Shown: positions 11,179 to 21,163 of the stretch, piece after piece
Layout of the letters: every line of letters starts with the position of its first letter
Position numbering within the stretch: position 1 is the first letter of the stretch
Assembly: GCA_964587725.1 (NCBI GenBank)
Contig: CAZPLO010000001.1
Location: 96,001-160,000 of the forward strand
Length of the DNA: 64,000 bases
Direction: 5' to 3'
Origin: an uncultured archaeon
Lineage (GTDB): Archaea > Altiarchaeota > Altiarchaeia > IMC4 > SCGC-AAA252-I15
Made by a program: the position numbers and the translations under genes
Notes under the pieces: generated by a model
What the model saw: only the letters and a program-made list of their open reading frames with translations
Told to the model about the DNA's origin: nothing
The model's database searches: none

Positions 11179-12087
11179 CTACCAGTGTTTCGGTATCTGT
11201 ATCTTCATGAAGTCTTCCGCTACGACTGTGTTGGGGAATATTGTCTGCGCTTCCTCCAAGAGTTTTTGGGTATCGGTGTAGCGTTGGCTTATGTGTGTGA
11301 TGGCGAGTTGTTTCACGCCCGCTTTCTTGGCTACTTCGGCTGCCTGTGCGGTGGTGCTGTGTGCCGCGTCTTTTGTTGCGTCGGCGTCTTCGGCGCTGAA
11401 CATGGCTTCGTGGATGAGGAGGTCCGCGTCTTTGGCGAGTACTATCACTGCCTTGCAGGGTCTGGTGTCGCCGGTGTAAACCAGTTTTCGGCCTTCGATG
11501 GGGGGGTCCAGGACCATGTCTGGTGTGACTGTTTTCCCGTTGACCTTCACGGGTTTCCCTTCCGCTAGTTTCGTGAACAGGGGCCCGACGGGGACGCCGA
11601 GTTCTATGGCTTGGGGGCGGTTGAATTTGCGGTGTGGATCTTCTGTGAAGCAATAGGCGAAGCTGCCGCGGGTGTGGACTGTAGGCGCTGCCGTGACGAT
11701 GTATCTGTCTCCTCTGAAGACCTCCCCCTCCCCTATTTCATGCACTTTCACCGTGAGGTAGTCGAGTTTGAATGTTCCTATGGTGAGGAGTTTCTCCATG
11801 GCGTCCTCCATGCCGGGCGGCCCGTACACGTTCAGCGGCGTCTCCCTCTCCAGGAAGTCCATGCTCTGTATCATGCCTCCTAGGCCGAGGAAGTGGTCTG
11901 CGTGCAGGTGGGTTATGAATATGTTGCCGAGGTTCATGAAGTTGAGGCCCGCGAAACGCATCTGCCGCTGGGTTCCTTCCCCGCAGTCGAAGAGCATATG
12001 CTCTCCGAGATAGTCGAGGTGCACCGCGCTCAGCCCGCGTTTGTCAGTTGGAATACAACCTGAAGTGCCCAGGAACGTGACCTCCAT
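11179..12087 (-). CDS. rnz: Ribonuclease Z
   Basis: FLGTSG, FDCGEGTQ, THLHADHFLG, TGDTRP, HEAMF, THISQRY. Confidence 0.95.
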   Translation of the reverse strand: MEVTFLGTSGCIPTDKRGLSAVHLDYLGEHMLFDCGEGTQRQMRFAGLNFMNLGNIFITHLHADHFLGLGGMIQSMDFLERETPLNVYGPPGMEDAMEKLLTIGTFKLDYLTVKVHEIGEGEVFRGDRYIVTAAPTVHTRGSFAYCFTEDPHRKFNRPQAIELGVPVGPLFTKLAEGKPVKVNGKTVTPDMVLDPPIEGRKLVYTGDTRPCKAVIVLAKDADLLIHEAMFSAEDADATKDAAHSTTAQAAEVAKKAGVKQLAITHISQRYTDTQKLLEEAQTIFPNTVVAEDFMKIQIPKHW

Positions 12088-12137
12088 GTGGGATGATAGG
12101 GAGTCAGGATTTAAGTCCTTACTACAGTATACTATGG

Positions 12138-12794
12138 ATGGATTTGGGTTTGCGGTGCGAGTTCCACACCCACACGTTCTACAGCGACGGGGTGTTGAGT
12201 CCTGTGGAACTGGTGAGACGAGCGTATGTGCTCGGCGACAGGTGTATTGCTTTGACGGATCATGTGGACGTCACCAACATCGAGCATGTGCTGGAGAATC
12301 AGCTGAAGATTAGGGGTAGAGTAGACTGGGATATCCGGGTGTTGGTGGGTGTGGAGTTGACTCACACCCCCGTCTCACAGATACCGGAGATGGTTGAGTT
12401 AGCGCGTAAGCTGGGCGCCGAAATCGTGGTCGGCCACGGGGAAAGCCCGGTGGAGCCGGTGGAGGAAGGCAGCAACCGAGCGTATATTGAGGCGGGCGTC
12501 GACATACTCGCTCACCCCGGCGCGTTGACTGTTGAGGATGCGGGGTTGGCTGCTGAAAACGCTGTGTTTCTGGAGCTGACTTCCAGGAGGGGGCACATGG
12601 AAGGCAACCGGGCGGTTGCGGAGGCTGCGTTGGATGCGGGCGCTTTGCTGTTGGTTGACACAGACGCCCATTCGCCGGATGATTTGATTACGCAGGAGCA
12701 GGCGTACCAGGTTGCTTTGGATGCGGGACTAGACGACAAGGACGCGTTGACGGCTGTTAGAGACAACTGCGACAGACTGTTGGAGCGGCTATAG
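12138..12794 (+). CDS. PHP-family phosphoesterase (histidinol-phosphatase-like)
   Basis: FHTHT..SDG, LTDHVD, GVELTH, ILAHPG, DTDAH; convergent with hisD. Confidence 0.85.
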   Translation: MDLGLRCEFHTHTFYSDGVLSPVELVRRAYVLGDRCIALTDHVDVTNIEHVLENQLKIRGRVDWDIRVLVGVELTHTPVSQIPEMVELARKLGAEIVVGHGESPVEPVEEGSNRAYIEAGVDILAHPGALTVEDAGLAAENAVFLELTSRRGHMEGNRAVAEAALDAGALLLVDTDAHSPDDLITQEQAYQVALDAGLDDKDALTAVRDNCDRLLERL

Positions 12795-14051
12795 GCGTTT
12801 CTCCACGCTTTTCCTGTGTTCGGTCAGGCCTTCGGTTTCAGCAAGTATAGATATTGTAGTGCCTAACTTTTCCAGTCCTTCCCGGGTTATCTTCTGCACG
12901 CTCATGGACTTCAGGTATTCCCTCACCGACAGCTGGCTGCTGAATCGCGCCGCACCGCCGGTGGGGAGCACGTGGTTTCCGCCCGACGCGTAGTCTCCCG
13001 CCGCCACTGGACTGTATGGCCCGATGAATAGTGCGCCAGCATTACGGATTTTCTTAGAGTCCTTCTCCGCGTTCTTCGTCATAATCTCAATGTGTTCGGG
13101 GGCGTAGTCGTTCGCGAACGCCAGAGACTCATCCACGGATTTAGTTTTAATTATTGTAAAATTTTCAAGGCTTTTTGAAATTATTTCAATTTTCTTTGAA
13201 ATTCCGGCTTCCTTTTTCACTTCCTCCGTCACGGAGCCCGTGAGCTCGGCAGAATCCGTAACCAGCACGCACTGCGCGCTGGGATCGTGCTCCGCCTGCG
13301 CAAGCACGTCGGCGGCTATGAACTCCTGGTCGGCCGAGTCGTCCGCGACTATGAGTACTTCACTGGGGCCGGCGGGCATGTCCACGTCCACTGTCCCGTA
13401 CACGAGCATCTTGGCGACAGTCACGTACTTGTTCCCCGGCCCCACAATCTTGTGAACAGGTTTTATTGATTCCGTCCCGTATGCGAGTGCGGCAACCGCT
13501 TGGGCGCCGCCCACGGAATATATTTCATCCACACCAGCTATCTTGCACGCTGCCAGAACTGAATCTTTTACCTCCGGCGGCGACACCACCACAACCCGTT
13601 CCACACCCGCTATCTTGGCCGGGGCCACGGTCATCAACACCGTTGAGGGGTATGCGGCGCGGCCTCCAGGGACGTAGCAGCCTACGCTCTCCAGGGGCAT
13701 AATCCGCTCGCCCACCGTCACACCTTCTTCCACCATGTACTCCCACTCGTCTTCCATGCCCTGCAACTGCATCTCATGGAAGGATTTGACGTTGGAGTGA
13801 GCGTGCTTCAACGCCTTCACCACGGCGTCGTCGGTGCGGGAATATGCCTCCTCCACCTGCTTAGTCGATACCTGAAGTTTTTTCAATTCAACGCCGTCGA
13901 ATTTGAGGGTGTACTCAAACAACGCCCTGTCGCCGCGGGAGCGGACGCCTTCGACTATCTCTTTGACGTCGTCGAGTATGGCGGCGTAGTCGACGGCCGA
14001 ACGCTCCAGAACCGGCTTTAAATCGTCTCCGCCGTATTCCAGAACCCTCAT
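12789..14051 (-). CDS. hisD: Histidinol dehydrogenase
   Basis: [55 protein letters not shown]. Confidence 0.96.
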   Translation of the reverse strand: MRVLEYGGDDLKPVLERSAVDYAAILDDVKEIVEGVRSRGDRALFEYTLKFDGVELKKLQVSTKQVEEAYSRTDDAVVKALKHAHSNVKSFHEMQLQGMEDEWEYMVEEGVTVGERIMPLESVGCYVPGGRAAYPSTVLMTVAPAKIAGVERVVVVSPPEVKDSVLAACKIAGVDEIYSVGGAQAVAALAYGTESIKPVHKIVGPGNKYVTVAKMLVYGTVDVDMPAGPSEVLIVADDSADQEFIAADVLAQAEHDPSAQCVLVTDSAELTGSVTEEVKKEAGISKKIEIISKSLENFTIIKTKSVDESLAFANDYAPEHIEIMTKNAEKDSKKIRNAGALFIGPYSPVAAGDYASGGNHVLPTGGAARFSSQLSVREYLKSMSVQKITREGLEKLGTTISILAETEGLTEHRKSVEKRL

Positions 14052-14073
14052 CGAGTAAGTATTCCCCGACAGC

Positions 14074-14850
14074 CTATTTAACTCTCACCAGCATGTAAGC
14101 GAGGGGGTTGGCCACCGTCACGTACGTGTAGACCACCGCCTGGATAATGCGGAGGACTATGAACAGTACCACAGACCCTGCAGACATGGTGCCGGAGACT
14201 TCAGTGATAAAAGCAAGCAACAGGGTGGCTGAAACGAGGAACAAGAAAAACAGGTTCAGTTTGAACAGTCCCCCGGCGTGCGCCAACCCCAGCTGCAGGC
14301 TTTTCCTGAAGCTCTCCGAGACGCCTGCCCCGTCCAACACAGCCGACGGTATTATGAAGAACGCGGCCACCGAAAAAGCTAGAGCCAAAGCCACAGCAAA
14401 TGCGGCTGCCAGAAGAGTGAACAACCAATTGCCGGTGACGTACGTCATATACTGTAGGATGCCGGCCGTCGAAGCCGCCAGCACCAGCGCCGCGAACGCC
14501 GCCAGCCCCAAAGCCACAACAACCCTCCAGGCCCGCAGCGCATCCGCCAACGCCTTCCGGAGACTCACCTTTCCCGTGGAACGGAGGTCGAATACCATGC
14601 GCGGATACATGGCGTACGACAGTATGTCAATGAAGTACAGGAGCGGCAGAGCAGACACCAAGAACGCCGACTTCCACACGAGTGCTGACACCTCCGCCGG
14701 CGACCCCATTGACAGAGACTCAGCCGCCAAACCGACAGCATATAGGGTTAATACGGAGTAGAGTGCCGTGGTCGCGAGACGGGGGAGGAATATTCGGGGC
14801 TCCCCCAGCAGAAGACTGAACGCGCCGGAAAGCACTCTACCGGAGTCCAC
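14074..14850 (-). CDS. Polytopic membrane protein of unknown function
   Basis: About six hydrophobic segments; fills the intergenic space. Confidence 0.7.
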   Translation of the reverse strand: MDSGRVLSGAFSLLLGEPRIFLPRLATTALYSVLTLYAVGLAAESLSMGSPAEVSALVWKSAFLVSALPLLYFIDILSYAMYPRMVFDLRSTGKVSLRKALADALRAWRVVVALGLAAFAALVLAASTAGILQYMTYVTGNWLFTLLAAAFAVALALAFSVAAFFIIPSAVLDGAGVSESFRKSLQLGLAHAGGLFKLNLFFLFLVSATLLLAFITEVSGTMSAGSVVLFIVLRIIQAVVYTYVTVANPLAYMLVRVK

Positions 14851-14894
14851 ACCAGTGTATTGGGTTTTATAAGGTTTTAATCGAATGCGTATAT

Positions 14895-15170
14895 ATGGAA
14901 CAGGGGGAAACCACCCTCGACCTAGTGTTCGGCATAGGCTTCAAGATAGGCTTCTTGGTGATTATCGTCGGCCTTCTGATGTTCTACATGCCCTTGATAG
15001 ACCATACTGTCATGAAGGCGATGGACTACACGGGACTGTGGGACGCGTTCAGAACCCTCCCGGTAGCCATAAAAGTCATACTAGCAGGCACTGCTTTAGC
15101 GAGTGTCGCCGTAATCATGGCAAGCCTCAAGGTCCTGGTCGAGGACCTGGTCGACGGCCTGCTAGGTTGA
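14895..15170 (+). CDS. Small two-TM membrane protein, paralogue A
   Basis: Shares FGIGFKIGFLV..VGL.M.YMPL with the next ORF. Confidence 0.75.
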   Translation: MEQGETTLDLVFGIGFKIGFLVIIVGLLMFYMPLIDHTVMKAMDYTGLWDAFRTLPVAIKVILAGTALASVAVIMASLKVLVEDLVDGLLG

Positions 15171-15180
15171 GGTGTATAAT

Positions 15181-15480
15181 ATGGGCAGATGGGGGAAAGC
15201 ATTCAACCTATTGTTTGGGATAGGCTTCAAGATAGGGTTCCTAGTGGCTGTGGTAGGCCTTATCATGACGTACATGCCGTTGATGGAGGAGGCGGCCAAA
15301 CCGTTTCTGCAGTACATAAGTTTCTACGAGGTGATGGATTCCAATCCCCTGTGGGTGAGGGTGTTCGCCACCGGAGTGATGCTAATGGTCGCGGCAGCCG
15401 GAATCTCCGTAGTCAAAGGCTGGGTGGAGGAGATGGCGGACATACTGTTCGTCGAACGGGAGGACTCAAAACCCAAATAG
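15181..15480 (+). CDS. Small two-TM membrane protein, paralogue B
   Basis: Paralogue of 14895-15170; GAGGTG SD upstream. Confidence 0.75.
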   Translation: MGRWGKAFNLLFGIGFKIGFLVAVVGLIMTYMPLMEEAAKPFLQYISFYEVMDSNPLWVRVFATGVMLMVAAAGISVVKGWVEEMADILFVEREDSKPK

Positions 15481-15954
15481 TTCACTGTATGTTTCGGTCG
15501 TGGCGGCGTCTTTAACCCCTAGTTTATCCAGCAGTTCAAGTATTCTATCGTGGTCTTCTGGGTTTCTGGACTCCACCTCCACATACTCGCCTAATCCCTT
15601 CACGTCGTCACAGCATACGGTGAGCCCGTCCAGAGCATAGGTTTCCCTGGTCTTCTCTATGGTGAACGCCTCCCCAAAGCCGAGCCTCTGCAGAAGATTG
15701 AATGCGTCCTCCGGCACCGGAAACTCGATTTCCTCCCGCACCTTCAGGTCGGAAGACTGCTTCGGACCCTTGTATGTGATAAGAAGCCGGTCTGTTCGGC
15801 GGAGGCGCAACGCCTCATCCGACTCCTTCAAATCCCTGCAGGGGTGGGTGAAGTACGTGTCCGCATGGTATTCGGATTTAACGTGCTCGGCGCCCAACGC
15901 CTCAACCTTCTCCAACGCCCCCGAGCAGGGCGCCTTCAACTCCACCTCGAACAT
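15466..15954 (-). CDS. cyaB: CYTH-domain protein (class IV adenylate cyclase-like)
   Basis: EVELK, DTYF, ALRLR, TYKGPK, REEIE, GEYVEVE. Confidence 0.88.
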   Translation of the reverse strand: MFEVELKAPCSGALEKVEALGAEHVKSEYHADTYFTHPCRDLKESDEALRLRRTDRLLITYKGPKQSSDLKVREEIEFPVPEDAFNLLQRLGFGEAFTIEKTRETYALDGLTVCCDDVKGLGEYVEVESRNPEDHDRILELLDKLGVKDAATTETYSELFGF

Positions 15955-16595
15955 TATTTCGCCTTCACGTTCACGAGAACATGGTCTTCCTCGTACGGGG
16001 CGAGGTCGACTTCCTGGAGAACACTGAACCTTTCCTTCAGCCTATCCACCTCCCGTCTGAACACCTTCTTCGGATCCCGTGAAGAATCTATGCTCCGCGC
16101 CTTAATCGACAGCATAGCGTTCTTGAACCGGAAGGTGTCGTGGTTGTTCAACAATATGCCGGCCTGGTCTGGCTGCGCAACATCCTGTATAAGCACGTCC
16201 ACTCCCCCGACTGAGCCGTCGTACTCCCAAGGGTGCCGGGCATCCGCCAGCACAGGCACCATATTCCCCTTATGCCGGCATACTGTGAGGAGCTCCCGCA
16301 TCATACGTCTGCTGAACTCCACACAATAGACTGTGCCGGCTATGTCGGCTATGTGGCTGGCTGTGGTGCCGGATGACGCACCCAAGTAGAGCACGGATGA
16401 TCCCGGTTTCACCGGGAAATCCTTCAACCCCTTCTTAAGGGCGGCGGCGACCTTGCTCCTGTACGGATCCCATATCCTGTACTCCCCCCCCTTCTGCCGT
16501 ACAACCTTCTCGCTGTATACGCGGTAGCCGGGGGTGGAGTTTAGCGTAGCCAGTTTTCCTTTCACCAGATACACGCCCGGGAACATCTCCTTCAT
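15954..16595 (-). CDS. flpA: Fibrillarin-like rRNA/tRNA 2'-O-methyltransferase
   Basis: YRIWDPYRSK, VLYLGASSGTTASH, DVAQPDQ, IKARSID; start reassigned to ATG 16595. Confidence 0.95.
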   Translation of the reverse strand: MKEMFPGVYLVKGKLATLNSTPGYRVYSEKVVRQKGGEYRIWDPYRSKVAAALKKGLKDFPVKPGSSVLYLGASSGTTASHIADIAGTVYCVEFSRRMMRELLTVCRHKGNMVPVLADARHPWEYDGSVGGVDVLIQDVAQPDQAGILLNNHDTFRFKNAMLSIKARSIDSSRDPKKVFRREVDRLKERFSVLQEVDLAPYEEDHVLVNVKAK

Positions 16596-16632
16596 GGAGT
16601 GTATATATTGTTGGGGGAATAAATAGGTTCTG

Positions 16633-17541
16633 ATGAGGGGGCTGACGTACGCGCTTCTGAGCTGCATGTTCCTGGGGCTGCAGCCCATATTCAGCAAAGT
16701 CCTCCTCAACTACATGCCACCCATCGTGTTGACAGCGTTAACGTCCTCCATTGCCGCTGTGCTGCTTATAGTAATATTGGAGGTGAAGGACAAGGTCGAG
16801 GAGATGGAGGACCTTGGCAAGAGAAGGTTTCTGGCCCTTCTGGCTGTGGGATTAGTAAGCGGCGTCCTCGCCCAGCTATTGTACGTTACGGGGCTGATGC
16901 AGTCCACCGCAACCAATGCGGTGCTGCTGACGAGGATGAATTCGCTGCTGATAGCGCTGATGGGGGTGGTGTTTCTGAGGGAGAAGTTCACGCCCCATCA
17001 GCTGGCAGGCTCCGTGGTCATGGTCGCCGGCGTCGTAATAATCGCCACCAAAAACTTCACCGTCTCCGTGCAGCCGACCTACGGGGACGGGCTGCTGCTG
17101 CTGGCGTCGCTGTGCTGGGCGTCCGCCAACATCATAGTGAAGAAGTATCTGTGCAGCCTGCCACCGGAGGTCATCGTCATAGGCCGTCACGGATTCGCCG
17201 GCCTGGTCTTGCTTATGCTAACCGTCGGCCAGGTACCCGATGTCATGAACCCTGAAGTCCTCGCATACCTGGCTGGGCTGGCGGTACTGGTCATCGTGGT
17301 CGGCCAGTGGCTGTGGTACTACGCCCTCGAGCACGTTGACGTGAGCAGCGTCGGCCTCACCTCCCTGACCATACCGTTGTTCGGGGTCGTGTACGCGGTA
17401 ACCCTTCTGGGGGAGGAACTTCTGCCGTATCAGATGCTCGGAGGCTCTCTGATCATCCTGGGGCTGGCGGCCATAGAATTCCACTTCACCACGTTGAAGA
17501 ACATCGAATGCAGGATACGCGGCATCAAACCCCATCACTGA
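16633..17541 (+). CDS. DMT/EamA family transporter
   Basis: Ten hydrophobic segments with two EamA repeats (FLREK, LLGEE). Confidence 0.88.
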   Translation: MRGLTYALLSCMFLGLQPIFSKVLLNYMPPIVLTALTSSIAAVLLIVILEVKDKVEEMEDLGKRRFLALLAVGLVSGVLAQLLYVTGLMQSTATNAVLLTRMNSLLIALMGVVFLREKFTPHQLAGSVVMVAGVVIIATKNFTVSVQPTYGDGLLLLASLCWASANIIVKKYLCSLPPEVIVIGRHGFAGLVLLMLTVGQVPDVMNPEVLAYLAGLAVLVIVVGQWLWYYALEHVDVSSVGLTSLTIPLFGVVYAVTLLGEELLPYQMLGGSLIILGLAAIEFHFTTLKNIECRIRGIKPHH

Positions 17542-19190
17542 CGGAGCATCGACTCCACCCGCTGAAGCGTGTCCGCTTCCTCGGGGCCCTTGTCTTCGCG
17601 CACCCTCACCAGCCGGGGGAAACGCAGCGCATACCCTGACGCATACGTGGGGCTTTTCTGTATCTCCTCGTACGCGACCTCGAACACATACTTCGGAGTG
17701 AACTCCATCACCCGGCCCTCTTGCCGGGTAATCAACGGCTGGAACATGTCTGTGAGCTCCTGCAGTTGCTGGTCCGTCAGCCCAGTGGCCATCCGCCCGA
17801 TTTCCAGGAACACTCCGGAGCCGGGGTCGTACACTGAAAGAAGGTAGCTGCCAATCCATTTTGCGCGGCGGCCCTCCCCCCATGTGCCGCCTGTTACAAC
17901 GAGGTCGAGTGACTCCATCACCGGCTTCACCTTGTACATGTATCCTACGCGGCTGCCGGGCTGATACGGGGCGTCCAGGTTCTTAACCATCACCCCCTCA
18001 TGGCCCATCGCCAACGCCCTGCGGTAGAACTTCTCCGCCTCCTTCACATCTGAGGTTACGAGATTATCCGCCAGACGGAACCGGCCCGACTCCCTCACGA
18101 CATCGGACATCAGTTTTCTCCGAGCCCTGAACGTTTCGGAAAGCCTCATCTCGCCGTTGAGGTAGAGCAGGTCGAACAAATTGACTTCCACCGGAATCTC
18201 ATCCGCCATCCTCTTGATGTCGTATTTTCTTTTTATCCGCCTGCTAAGGTTCTGGAACGGAAGAGGCTTCCTGGTTTCCAAGTCGACGGCCACCACCTCA
18301 CCCTCCAGGACCGCTGACTCCGCCTTCACCGACTCGGACGCCCACTCCACCACCTCCGGAAACTGCCGTGTGACTTTCTCCAATCGGCGGGTGAATAGCT
18401 CGATGACATCGTCTTTCTTGTGTATCTGCAGGCGGGCGCCGTCGTATTTCACCTCGAACTCCGCCTCACCAAGCTCTTTAAGAGCCTGCTCCAGCCCATC
18501 AGCCTTTTGCGCGAGCATCACCTTCACCGGACTCCCCACCTCCACGGCGTACTCCGACAGACCCGGTTCACCCTCGCCTTTGGCTGTCAACGCCACGTCA
18601 CCCCAGTCGGGTCGGAGGTTGTAGGCGTGCTCCACCAGAGAGGATTCGACTTCATATGCCTTAGCGACGGCGTCGCGTATGGTGCCGTCTCCGACGCCCA
18701 GACGCAGCTGCCCCAGTATGAGGCGGACTATGTAACGCGAATCCCGGGGGGACGCGTTCGACAGCAGCTCCGTCAAATACGCGAGTTTTTTGTCCTGGCT
18801 GCCCTTGCCGGTGAGGGACGCCATCCGGCCTATGTTTTCTTTTACCTTCTCAACAGTCAAAGTAGATGAAACCAGCGTGGTCTGTGGCTTATTCACCAGT
18901 ATCTTCTCCGCCACAGAGCCTATGTCGCCGGTCTCCCGTATGAGGTCGTTGACCTCGGATTCCGTGACGCCGGACACGGATGCGAGGGCCTTCACCATCA
19001 GCTTGTCAGCTATCCCCAGCTCCATGCTGCTCCACGGCGGAAACGGCGTGCCGCGCATGAACAACAACACAGTAGACAGAATGCCGTCCGGGACCTCCGA
19101 AATAAACTCCGCCACCGCGTCGGTCATCTCCAGGCGTCCGGACATGCCATCCAGGCGGGTGTAGACTTCCGTCAGACGCGAGAACTCCAT
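17535..19190 (-). CDS. lig: ATP-dependent DNA ligase
   Basis: EVKYDGAR, EGEVV, FDLLY, EGVMVK, LRFPR; start reassigned to ATG 19190. Confidence 0.96.
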   Translation of the reverse strand: MEFSRLTEVYTRLDGMSGRLEMTDAVAEFISEVPDGILSTVLLFMRGTPFPPWSSMELGIADKLMVKALASVSGVTESEVNDLIRETGDIGSVAEKILVNKPQTTLVSSTLTVEKVKENIGRMASLTGKGSQDKKLAYLTELLSNASPRDSRYIVRLILGQLRLGVGDGTIRDAVAKAYEVESSLVEHAYNLRPDWGDVALTAKGEGEPGLSEYAVEVGSPVKVMLAQKADGLEQALKELGEAEFEVKYDGARLQIHKKDDVIELFTRRLEKVTRQFPEVVEWASESVKAESAVLEGEVVAVDLETRKPLPFQNLSRRIKRKYDIKRMADEIPVEVNLFDLLYLNGEMRLSETFRARRKLMSDVVRESGRFRLADNLVTSDVKEAEKFYRRALAMGHEGVMVKNLDAPYQPGSRVGYMYKVKPVMESLDLVVTGGTWGEGRRAKWIGSYLLSVYDPGSGVFLEIGRMATGLTDQQLQELTDMFQPLITRQEGRVMEFTPKYVFEVAYEEIQKSPTYASGYALRFPRLVRVREDKGPEEADTLQRVESMLRQ

Positions 19191-19220
19191 CGTAAAATAT
19201 TTACCACACCATATAGTTAT

Positions 19221-19628
19221 ATGAAGGTTGTGGTTGAGACGCCGAAGTGGAGCCTCAGCAAATACCACCACATGGGCGGCGTCTTCGAAGTGGAGTATAA
19301 GACTCCGTTTCCGTGCCTGTTCAACTACGGCTACGTGAAACACACCGTCGGCGACGACGGAAGCCCCATGGACGCGGTGGTGTTAGGAAATAGGGTGTCT
19401 CAGGGAACGGAGGTCGAGGCCGTTGAAGCGGGGACGGTGCACTTCATAGACGACGGACTAGTGGACGACAAAACCGTGGTATCGTCCGACGGCCGGGTGG
19501 GGCTGCTGGACATAATCAAGATACACGTTTTCTTCACAGCATACATGGTGTTCAAGACAATACACTACTACTTGGATGAGGACCGCCTGGCCCGGTGCAG
19601 ATACCTGGGGTTCACTCGGGCTCTATGA
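19221..19628 (+). CDS. Divergent family I inorganic pyrophosphatase-like protein
   Basis: VVETPK..KY, FNYGYV, DDGSPMD, D.G..DDK. Confidence 0.7.
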   Translation: MKVVVETPKWSLSKYHHMGGVFEVEYKTPFPCLFNYGYVKHTVGDDGSPMDAVVLGNRVSQGTEVEAVEAGTVHFIDDGLVDDKTVVSSDGRVGLLDIIKIHVFFTAYMVFKTIHYYLDEDRLARCRYLGFTRAL

Positions 19629-21135
19629 AGAAGTCCACCATCCGCTGCCACATGCTCCGCCCCTTAGGCGGGGCGGGGCCGCGCCTCCTGACCGGACGGG
19701 GTTTCTGGGCGGGCTCCGGCTGCTTTACCCTACCTTTGTCGTCGTATTTCGGCTTCGCGCCATGCTTGGTCTCCCTCACCCGTATGTCCACGGTGATGGG
19801 CTGCTTCAGCGCCTCCGTCACTATTAAAGCCTGGCCGATGTTCAGCTGCTGAATCTCCTCCTCCATGCCAGAGGTGAATCCTTCGATACTCTGCCTTATC
19901 GCCTTCAAGTCGTTGGGGTTCGTCACCTTCAGTATAATCTGTGTGGTGCATTGGCTCAGCACGTTCTTGTCTATCCTAGCCGGCCGCTGGCTGACCACGC
20001 ACAGGTGGAAGCCGAACTTCCGGCCCTCTCCCGCCACGGTCCTCATGATTGTTGAACTCATGACGTCCCCGAACCCGCGTTCGGGGCAGAAGTTGTGGGA
20101 CTCCTCCACCAGGTAGAACAGCTCCGGAATCCTCCCCACCGTGCGGAGGTTGAACAATTCCTTGGTGAGGCGTGCCACCACCAGCTGCTGTATGGCAGGC
20201 GGCGTGCCCTTGAGGTTGAGTATGCTGCACTGCCCCTCAGACACCAGCCGCTCATACGGCGTCGGCTTGCCGTCGAACACCCCAGACTTCTGAAGGTCGG
20301 ACAGCCCGTCCAGCACCTTCCACTTGAACTTCGTCGGCTCCTCCTCAATCCTCTGTATCAGGTCCTGGAGGGTGTAGTTGTCGGGCATGTCCTGCAACGC
20401 AGTGTACAAAACACTCTTCTGCTTGTCCGTCAAACGGATGGGTATGAGGTCCAACAGCTCCTCCATGGTGAAGTCCGGCCGCAGCACGAACTTTTTCGCG
20501 TGGGGGTTGATTTCCGAGTCCGTGGTGTATTCGACCACCTGGTCGGCGTAGCTGTGCACCTGCACGTTGTATTTCAGCATCGCGTCGTATTCGTCGTTTT
20601 CCACGCACAAACTGCTGTATTCCCCGTGAGGGTCGATGGCCACTATGGGGAGTTTCTCCTTCATCATCTCCTCCAACACCACGGCGACGGTGTAGCTTTT
20701 ACCAGCCCCCGTCTTAGCCAACACGCTCATGTGCTTGCCTATGGCGGACTTGATGTCCAGGTACACGGGTATGTCGCTGCCCTCCAAATAGCCCATGTAG
20801 AGGCTGTTCTTCCGCCTGCTGCCCAGGCCGAGGACATCCGATATTATTTTCTTGTCGGCGAGAAACACCTTCTCCGACGGCTTGAACGGCGTCTTAGGGG
20901 AATGCACCTGCCCCCCCTCCACGTACCCGATGGTGTGCGCATGGGCCTGGGTCTCGTCCTCGTCGAAGTCGTCCAAGTAGGTTTTCAGAGAATCTATTCT
21001 GGAGAGAACCCACCCGTAGACGGGATGCTTGACCTTGATGAACGTGCCCTTCCCCACCTCCCGGTTGGTGAGCTTCATGTTGAACTCCGACGTCTTAACG
21101 CTCCCCGTCAAAACACCTATTTCCTCGCCGGCCAT
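19612..21135 (-). CDS. HerA/FtsK-like ATPase (DUF87)
   Basis: HAS-barrel-like N-terminus, HMSVLAKTGAGKS, IDPHGEY, VEESH, EGRKFG, SQRP. Confidence 0.9.
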   Translation of the reverse strand: MAGEEIGVLTGSVKTSEFNMKLTNREVGKGTFIKVKHPVYGWVLSRIDSLKTYLDDFDEDETQAHAHTIGYVEGGQVHSPKTPFKPSEKVFLADKKIISDVLGLGSRRKNSLYMGYLEGSDIPVYLDIKSAIGKHMSVLAKTGAGKSYTVAVVLEEMMKEKLPIVAIDPHGEYSSLCVENDEYDAMLKYNVQVHSYADQVVEYTTDSEINPHAKKFVLRPDFTMEELLDLIPIRLTDKQKSVLYTALQDMPDNYTLQDLIQRIEEEPTKFKWKVLDGLSDLQKSGVFDGKPTPYERLVSEGQCSILNLKGTPPAIQQLVVARLTKELFNLRTVGRIPELFYLVEESHNFCPERGFGDVMSSTIMRTVAGEGRKFGFHLCVVSQRPARIDKNVLSQCTTQIILKVTNPNDLKAIRQSIEGFTSGMEEEIQQLNIGQALIVTEALKQPITVDIRVRETKHGAKPKYDDKGRVKQPEPAQKPRPVRRRGPAPPKGRSMWQRMVDFFIEPE

Positions 21136-21163
21136 CGCTTAATTATTGGTTTATACGTAATTA

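Noticed and set aside
19191-19343. N-terminal extensions in the ORF track for lig (likewise flpA, rpl21e, archease, gmhB)
   Set aside because: They overlap neighbouring genes or promoters; downstream ATGs match family N-termini
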